Assembly: GCF_006345805.1 (NCBI RefSeq)
Contig: NC_043004.1
Coordinates: 43,276,001-43,340,000 of the forward strand
Source: Octopus sinensis
Lineage: Eukaryota
Reading direction: 5' to 3'
DNA length: 64,000 nt
Of the stretch, positions 55,401 through 64,000 are shown in pieces (the stretch's first letter is position 1; each line of letters opens with the position of its first letter). Under the pieces are notes generated by a model that was given only the letters and a program-made list of their open reading frames with translations, ran no database searches and was not told the DNA's origin. The translations under genes were made by a program, and so were the position numbers.

Positions 55401-56827
55401 GTATGCAATATATGTACACAAAGAACGATCTAAATACAAGTACAGACACAGATATAAACACATTAAATATATATAAATGTGCGTGCGTCTGTGTGTATCC
55501 ATCGGTATGTGGCTTTGTGCGTCTGTGTGGGTTGTATATATGTCTGTATGCAATTGCAGATAGATTAAGTGAGATAAATAGAAGAGTAAGCGAGAGGTTT
55601 GTGTGTTTCAAAGTATGAACCCAATTTTAGATTTATACCATAATTTGATATAAATTTGTAAAGAAGAGCTGCACGTAATTGAAAATACGTCTTACATTGA
55701 TTTTTCTAATGCATTTAGTTTCGGAAAACGTGATTCCACCTCTTTTATTTCGCACAACCATGTATGTAGGTGCTGCTAATGAATACCATAATTGCGACTT
55801 ACGCATCTACGACTAACCAATCATCAAATAGGTTCCGCAAACGTTTGTGTAGTCGATTTAACACACATACATTCATACTTATACATAATAGTATATGTAT
55901 GTCTGCGTGTATGTATGTGTGTTTCTATCTACCTATCTATCTATCTATCTGTCTATCTGTCTTTCTGCCTGCCTGTCTGTCTATCTATCTATATATATAT
56001 CTATCTGTCTATCTATCTGTCTACCTACCTATATATATATCTATCAATCAATCTATCTACATATGTATCTATCTACTTATCAGTCTGTCTATTGTTGTAT
56101 GTATCTACCTATCTTGATATCTATTGTATATACATACATATGGAGAAGAGCTCTGCATATATCTCTATGTATCAATGAAACTGTGTTGTGTGTGTGTGCT
56201 TGCGTTCGGTGTCACTTTTCAGCTCCAAATTGCTCGGCCACTCTTCTTTCTAATATGATATATACCTAACGAATTTAAAAGCGCAAAATAGACTTGTTAT
56301 TGATTTTATTGTTTTATTTTACTAAAATTGCAGCAATGTCTTGTTAGCACTTACACAATGCTCGACAATATTTTTGTTTCAAAAGACCTTCCTTAATCAC
56401 TGCTTACTATTTGTAATTTGCAGTATGTGAATTGGCTTGCTGCAAATTCAACAAACATGATTGTATGCAACCTGTGTTGTAAGCTTCCCAAATGCAAGTA
56501 AATATTTACTTCTTTCATACACAATGATTTCCTATTATGATTTGACGATAATTGGATTTTGAATCGTAAATATTTCCACAAGCAAAAGTAAGTTGGTATA
56601 TAAAATTATTATTCGAAATTTGGCAGAATCTGGAGAGGGCCACATCTACTGTAGTTACATTAAAATCAAACAATTTGCACCTTGTGCTTTTCATCTTCCA
56701 CTAGTCGAAAACAAAATTCTATCGAATGCAGATTCTGTTTAATCGACAGTTTCTCGATAGAGGTGATCAGTAGATCATAAGTATTTGCAATCAATAGAAG
56801 ACTTCCACAAAATCTTTCTGTATATAT

Positions 56828-56858
<31 letters not shown>

Positions 56859-56891
56859 TATGTGTGTATGTGTGTGTGTGTGTTTGTGTGT

Positions 56892-57195
56892 GGAGGTGCA
56901 ATAGCCTAGTGGTTAGGGCAGCGGACTCGCGGTCGTAGGATCGCGATTTCGATTCCCAGACTGGGCGTTGTGAGTGTTTATTGGGCGAAAACACCCTAAA
57001 GCTCCACGAGGCTCCTGCAAGTGGGGGGATCCCTGCTGTACTCTTTCGCCACAACTTTCTCACACACTTTCTTCTGTTGGCCTGTTCGCTTAGCAACCGG
57101 GGTGGCGTCATTTGAAGGCTAAAACAATGCGAAGCGCAATGTGATCAGCGATGTTTAGTAACATCTAATAACCTAGTCGGTCATGGAGACCACGG

Positions 57196-57197
<2 letters not shown>
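56892..57197 (+). mobile_element. SINE family B head with a third tail type
   Basis: First ~170 bp closely match 5565-5745, then the sequences diverge. Confidence 0.85.
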
Positions 57198-57235
<38 letters not shown>

Positions 57236-57249
57236 GGGATGACATATTG

Positions 57250-57450
57250 GCTTCAAATTTTGGCACAAGACCAGCAATTTCGTGGGATCGGTAAAGTCAG
57301 TTACATCGCTTCCAGTGCTTAGCTAGTAATTACTGTATCGATCTCGGAGTGATGAAAGGCAAAGTTGGAATTTGGAATCACAGCGTAAAAACAAACGAAA
57401 TGCCGCTAATCTTTTTCTCTAGTTTACTAATGATTCCGCCAGCCGCCGTC
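57250..57450 (-). mobile_element. Degenerate SINE family D
   Basis: TTTTGGCACAAGACCAGC ... GATGAAAGGCAAAGT ... GAAATGCCGCTAA. Confidence 0.6.
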
Positions 57451-58193
57451 TTCTGTACGTGTCATATCAAAACCACGCCAATATTTCGGTTTGATATATT
57501 TCTTACTATATTTTCTCTGCATATTTCTGAATAAAACTCTAGCAATTTATTATGAAGAATGAAGTACACTTAAGCGCAAATATCATACTGATGATCAGAC
57601 TGCTATGGTTACTAAATTATCAAAGCGTAATCAGGATACAAAGTGTTATTCGTCTTCGAACAGCCTGTTTTGCTTTCGTATATAATAAAGCAACTTTTCA
57701 TTATGCAGAGAGTAAAATTTTTAAGTGAGGTCGGGTTGCACATCAGGAAGTTTACTTTTAGAGTTTACGCTGTTAACCAGATACTTAACCTCCGTGAAAA
57801 CCTGTATGTTATGTTTGTATTAACTTGGTGTTGTGGCATTGAAATCATTTCCATAAACTGATCCTAACCATATATTGAAAACAATGCTACAATCAATAAT
57901 GAGTCAGAGAAAAGTATAAATCTGAGAACCCTAAAACAATTTCCAAATATACAATGCAATTCATGAAAAAGTTACTGATCTCATGGTGCTAGCATACAGG
58001 TGCACCACACACCAGTAGTTACATTTGCAATAAGAAATAATTGTAACATAATGTTTACCTACAGTCACGCAAAACACACGTACACAGACACACAAAGACG
58101 TATACAGATACTCATATATGCATCCATATACGTACACAGATACACAGGCGCGCATATATATATATATAATATATATATATATATTATATATAT

Positions 58194-58227
<34 letters not shown>

Positions 58228-58299
58228 ATATATATATATATACATATATTCACACGCATACATATATACGTGTGTGAATGTATTTGTGTTTGACTATAT

Positions 58300-58374
<75 letters not shown>

Positions 58375-58699
58375 CAGTATATATCTGTATATCTAGGAAT
58401 CACGCCAGCGGATAGTACCGTAAGTACAGGTGTATTGACCATTAAATTATTAAGATTATATGTGCGTATAATTTATGTGACTCCAGAGATAAACATAATT
58501 GTGAATTCTCCACTATTTGTAAAACTAAAAACGTAATCTACCAATGCGGCGTACTCGCAAATAATTACATGAAATCTTATATGCGAGCAACTAAAAACGA
58601 GTAATAAAGTGTTAGTGAAAGATCCAGGTACTAATAGAAGTAATAATAAAATAGAATTAAACATACGGCTAATACAGTAAATTTAGATTTTAAAGTACT

Positions 58700-59530
58700 A
58701 AATAATGAAGATCATTCATTGATGTGTATATAATAGGATATTCTGCCACTAGATGATGAAAGCAATGACAATAAACACTATAAAATTAAAAACAAAAATT
58801 AAAAGAAAAGTAAAGACAGGTATAAAAGGACGCTATTAAAAACTATCTGTAATTATAGAAGCCCTAGTATTTGTCCGCTCGCCGGTGTATGTCTTCAGTA
58901 TAATGTTATATACAAAAGAATTGTCAGGGTACCTAATAAATAGAATAGGGTATATATAGATAGCAATGTGGGAATCAATAGGAGAAACAGGGTCCACTTT
59001 AATTCCTTCACAAACCCTAAGTACAGTAACTCTACACCCCTAGGAACCTACGTAAATAAACTTGGGAATAATAACTTGAACTACGATCTCTCGTGTTATA
59101 TAATTGCGAAGCCCCGCCCCATTATGGGGCAAATTCTTACAGGTGTATATTATGTTTCAGGGAGTCGTATTAAACTGTATACCTCTAATATATTAAGTAG
59201 GTTTACAAATCCCATTCCTTCATGAAATCATAAAATACTCTCTACTTCTTTACAATCTTATAAAAATAGGCCACCTGACAGTTGTTTCAAACCGCACCCA
59301 TACGTTAGGAAATATATTAAGAAGCTAGATCTATCTCCACTCCTAAATTTATATTTGGACTACTCCAATGTAAATTTCTCGTTATGCCATTTATATAGTA
59401 ACTACAAAGCCTATATAAACATCTATTAGGTTCCAATATATTATTTTATGATGTAATTTGTTACGGAGTTTCCATTTTAGATTGTTTAAATTCTTGTATT
59501 GTAAGTTTAATTTGTTTTCTGTAAATTTAC
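58700..59530 (+). mobile_element. Decayed PLE GIY-YIG region of a further family
   Basis: CPLAGVCLQYNVIYK at 58872; R...H.NSF and NSTPL motifs downstream. Confidence 0.6.
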
Positions 59531-59531
59531 T

Positions 59532-61110
59532 GTCTAACGACACCTTGCTTTGCCACCTACGGCGGCCTTGTTAACGCCTTTCTCGCTTGCTTGAGTGGGG
59601 AAGCGCTGTATTGGAAATGTTAACAGAAAATATTAGCTCCTCAGGCTTGTCGTCGTCTGAGGAAGAGCTAGTGAAATGTTTAAAGAAAATAGATGAAGTG
59701 GGAGTGGTGAAGTATTTTGCAGAGGGGGTGAAGGATAAGAGTGAAGACATATGCCTCAGAGATTTAAGTACATTTAAAGAAATGCTTGAAAAGGAGGGTA
59801 ATTAGGTAAAGGTGTCCCCTCCCAGCGATACCATGGAAGAAGTCACATGCAGAACTATAATGTACAGAAGTACAATGTGAAAAACCATTGAAGAGAGGTC
59901 GCAACCAAAGCAGCGGTTGAAAGGACTTTGAGGGTCTCATGGAAGAAATAAAATATCATACAAAAGGAAAAAAAATTGCAACGATGGTGATGCAGTTTGA
60001 GTCGGAGTCTGTGGCTATGACTCCCCTCGAGACGGAAAAGGTAGTTCTTCTGCCCAGATAGCTGGGAAGACTTTCTTCCAGTGTAAGAATAGAATAGATC
60101 CCTCTTCAGGTGGATGTTGTCTGGTTGGTACCCGCCATCCAATTGGCATTGGCCTCCAGGCCAAGAAAGTATCTACGAGGAATTGGCAAGAGCAGGGCCT
60201 GGAAATGGTAATCCAGGTTGCCTCTGATGTTAGGAGAGGATGGTGGAAACCATCACAGTCGGTGAAGACGTAAAGTTGAGAGTTATGTTGGAAGGTAAGA
60301 CGCCCCGATGCTTTGAACGTGGAAAATGGTTCACATAAAAGCAGAAGCCCACCACCCAGCGCAAAAAAAGGAAAGAGGGCGCATCTCCACCTCTTGCGAC
60401 ATCCTGTGAGGTCGAGAAGAAGGTTGAGGAGGACGAGAACCAAGTGTCTGAAGTGGAACAAGGATGGTAATCTGAACCAAAATACAATATAGAGGAAAGA
60501 AAAGAAAGAGGAAAATATGAACCCCACCCTACTCACATCCGGCTCCCACGCAATGCCATCATTTTCCACCCTCCCCCTGTAATCACACACCCTCACCCTG
60601 CTCTGCTGGTACAGACACTTGCACTGACATCCAGATGCCCGAGATTCCAACATCCATTCCCCAAAAGAAAAAAAAAAGAAACGCAGATATAAAGTATGCT
60701 ATTTTATATGCCAATGCGTCAAGAACAGAAATAAACACTGATGTGCCGGTGGACATTTCAAAGTGCAAGGATTGGCCCGAGCACGTTGTGTGCGAATGGT
60801 GAGCAACAAAGACAGGATTAAGTTAAAGAAAAAGTATGGAGATAAACTAGTGGACCTAGAAAGGGAAATTGGCGTACGTTGCCTCCAAGATTGGCCTTTG
60901 ATCACATTGAAACTAACTTTTAATTATATAAAAAGAAAGTGTGTCAAATGTATTAAGTGAGGTCGCTCGGGTGTGGGGTCGCGTGTCCTTCATTCTATTA
61001 TCTTTATTCAATCCCATCTTTTCATTCATTTTTCTTTTCTTCCCACTTATAAGTTTGTCTGTCATTGAATTGCCCCCTCTTCGTTTATCCCGCGGTGGGC
61101 AATAAAGAAA
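59532..61110 (+). mobile_element. ORF1-only non-LTR retroposon (HAL1-like), decayed; homologous to 7846-9710
   Basis: MVMQFESESVA, LLPR*LGRLSSSVRIE, NWQEQGLEMVIQV, MLEGKTPRCFE knuckle remnant; tail CCCCTCT...GTGGGCAATAAAGAAA; AAATTTACT / AAATATTACT at the junctions. Confidence 0.7.
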
Positions 61111-61440
61111 TATTACTTCGATATGGAGAATGTCTTCCTAATGAAGTGGATATTATTTGCTAGCATAAGTGGAATTTTGAACTTTCTTACCTTACTAAAT
61201 TGTACCCCAGGAACGAACGTCGAATGAACATCCTCTAATAACAGGACTTTTCCTTAATGTTTAATCGTTTATTGTTTTGTAGTTATTTGCTCTTTGAAAT
61301 ATCTAAAACTATTTTTTTGCAACCTGACGACTTAGACGCTTTTCTACATAATTAATATATGTTTTACTTTATTTACAACTCAAACAATTTTACCTTATTT
61401 AGACCTCAACTGATTTTACATTATTTTAATCTATATTTGT

Positions 61441-61489
<49 letters not shown>

Positions 61490-61493
<4 letters not shown>

Positions 61494-64000
61494 CTATTGA
61501 TCTGCATTCAATTGGGTTAATGTATGTGTATTTTTAAAATACACATCTACAGAAATAAATTGACGTCCAACTAAATGAAATTATAAACATCTAAGAGACA
61601 ACAAACACACAAAACTAACTTTTCAAATGGAAGTAAGCCGTTCTCAATTTAGTAATAGAAACAATTCATCAATAAGAAATACTAGAAATAACCAGTCTAT
61701 TGATAGGCGTAATTATTTCTCCCCAGAAAATTGAAACGTTGAAGAAACTCAACCTACGGAATTTCGTCATATTTACCCAGAAAGAAAAATCAAATCCTCA
61801 GGTTCTCACATATGATTAATCACCCTAATAATTTATTCCAGCGAAGAAACTCGAGCAAGGTGCTTCTAAAACATTTACCCGAACAGCAACACCAACTCCA
61901 AAGCATTCCTAATATAATTAATAGCAATAATAACACTGATAACGTCTACCGACCAAATTACACTGAACACATTTTAGACCGGGTGGAGAGAAACAGGGAT
62001 GCATGTTGGAATAAACCATACAGGAGAAATTCAAAGTAATAAATTTATCAAAGAAAACTCTCTCCGCAACAAAAGTCTCTATACTAGGTAAAGGATTAAA
62101 ATCCATCCCAACCCCACGAAGATCTGACCATAATGAAATTAAAGACAATATTTCGGAATTCTGCAAAAAAAACCAAAAACACCCGCAGAAGCAGTAACTG
62201 ATAAACAACGAGGATTAATCACTGAAGTAATTATCTTCCACTTAAATGTAGGAATAAAATATTACATGACTTCTGCGTCCATATCCGAAATTTACCAAAT
62301 ACTTTCCATAATCTGAAAATCAATTGAAATCTTAACAGTGCAGAATGGAAAAATCTGATTAAACTACAAAATGACAAAGAATTGGCTGTACAAGAAGCAG
62401 ACAAATGAAGTGCTGTAGTCCTGATGGACACAGAATACTACAAATGCCTAGTATTATCCATGATAAAAAACGACAACTTCTACGAAAAAGTTGTAAACTA
62501 TAAACAACAAGACACAATGAAAAATCTGGTATCCCTAATACTTCTGTTTGGAAAAAGCCTGACAGAAAAATAAATAGATTACATCAAGTCTTTAAAGGTA
62601 AACCTATCCTTTTTTTAAATTAAAATACAAGAGAGCAAGGTAGTTAATGAAACCTGCCAACAATCACCAGGCAAAGACATAAATATCTAAGCGCCAGACG
62701 ACTTAAAGTTAAGATCCATTATAGCTGGCCCAGACTGTGGAACCCATTGCCGAACCAGTTTTCTAGACATCCTAATGAACCCCTTGCTCAAATACATCAA
62801 ACCTTCCATTAGAGACGATTTAGACAAGCTAGAGCACCTACCAGAAACAACTACTGATGCGGCATTATTGGTTTCCTCTGATGTTATCATTCTTTACACC
62901 AACATCCCACATGATTACGGAATAGAAGCAATACAATTCTGGTTGGAAAATTACTCCAAAGTACTTCGGGATCGCATGAACCTTGTCTTTATTATTGATT
63001 CTTTATAATTGATACTTCCTACTGAATGATACCCATTATCGTCGAATATGCGGAATTGCGATGGGAACGAAAGCAGTCCTTGTTCTTGCGAACATAGTAA
63101 TGGGTTATTTTGAATTCACTATATATGAAGTGTCACTGCAAAAATTTGGCTATCCATTTCACCATTATATAAGAGAGAACTGGAAAAGATACCTGGATGA
63201 ATGTTTTGCCATTTGAAAGGAGACCATTGATAAACTTTTGGAATTCAAATCAATACAAAATAAAATAAAAACCCTAACATTAAATTTACAGTGGAATATA
63301 GCAAACAACAGCTCCCTTTCCTGGATATTAGGATAAAAAAATATTCATAAACCAAATTATAACTGACATTTATCATAAACCAACTGACCCGTAGCAACAT
63401 CTCCTGTTTAGTTCATGCCACCCGAAACACATAGAAAGAAATATCCCTTTTAATTTAGCAAAAAGGATTTGCACAATAGTGTCTGATACAATTACTCAGT
63501 ACGTTCGTCATCTGGAACATAATATCCACCCTCACTTATAGGCGTTGGAATTAAGCGTGCTAAGCAATTAGACACTAAAACACTAAGGGTAACAAAACGT
63601 AACACTGCACCTCATCTCAAAACACTACTGTATATATCAACTCACAAACCTAAAAACAATAAGGTATGCAACTCTATTGTACAAAATTTACCTATGCTGA
63701 CTAGAGATCCAAAAATGAACAACATTCTGAAAATACATAACTTCATGAAAAGCACAGAAACAACACAAATCGCTAAAAGACTTCTAACAAATGCGAAGCT
63801 TTGCACTACCACGAAACCAACGGCTGAAAAATGTAGACGGCCAAACTGTGGATCATGCTGCAACCTACTGGATGGTCTGGAGTTCTTATTCAAACAAGGA
63901 GGGATGTTCACAATTAAAACCAATGTCACTTGTGTTTCCGAGAATCAAATTTATGTTATAACTTGCTCAGGTTTTGGACATAACTATACTGGACAGAGAA
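61490..64000 (+). mobile_element. Long Penelope-like element, pseudogenised, running off the window end
   Basis: LGKGLK, DVIILYTNIPH, GIAMGT, WKRYLDECF, LPFLDI, SCHPKH..NIPFNLAKRICTIVS, NVTCVSENQIYVITCSG. Confidence 0.93.

Noticed and set aside
60015-60653. 212-aa minus-strand ORF
   Set aside because: Antisense to the ORF1-like remnants on the plus strand

Overview
AT-rich, microsatellite-saturated eukaryotic DNA with no recognisable intact host gene. The SINE families and repeat landscape suggest a cephalopod (octopus-type) genome; this is inference. Nearly all listed ORFs are read-through of (TA)n/(CA)n runs or antisense frames of decayed transposons. The window holds several Penelope-like retroelements (PLEs; RT and GIY-YIG remnants), many short PLE terminal fragments set in (TA)n runs, tRNA-derived SINEs, RTE and CR1-type LINE remnants, a full-span Tc1 element with long IR/DR-type TIRs, a mariner fragment, a MITE and a Helentron-type non-autonomous element. 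Two signals stand out. (1) About ten type-I hammerhead-ribozyme-like motifs lie in PLE ends, most with non-canonical cores, and several sit in short fold-back units with a motif on each arm. (2) Two diverged 1.6-1.9 kb retroposons carry only an ORF1/gag-like gene plus a LINE-type 3' tail, have no RT, and are bounded by apparent target-site duplications (HAL1-like architecture). Coordinates were read by eye, so repeat boundaries are approximate.
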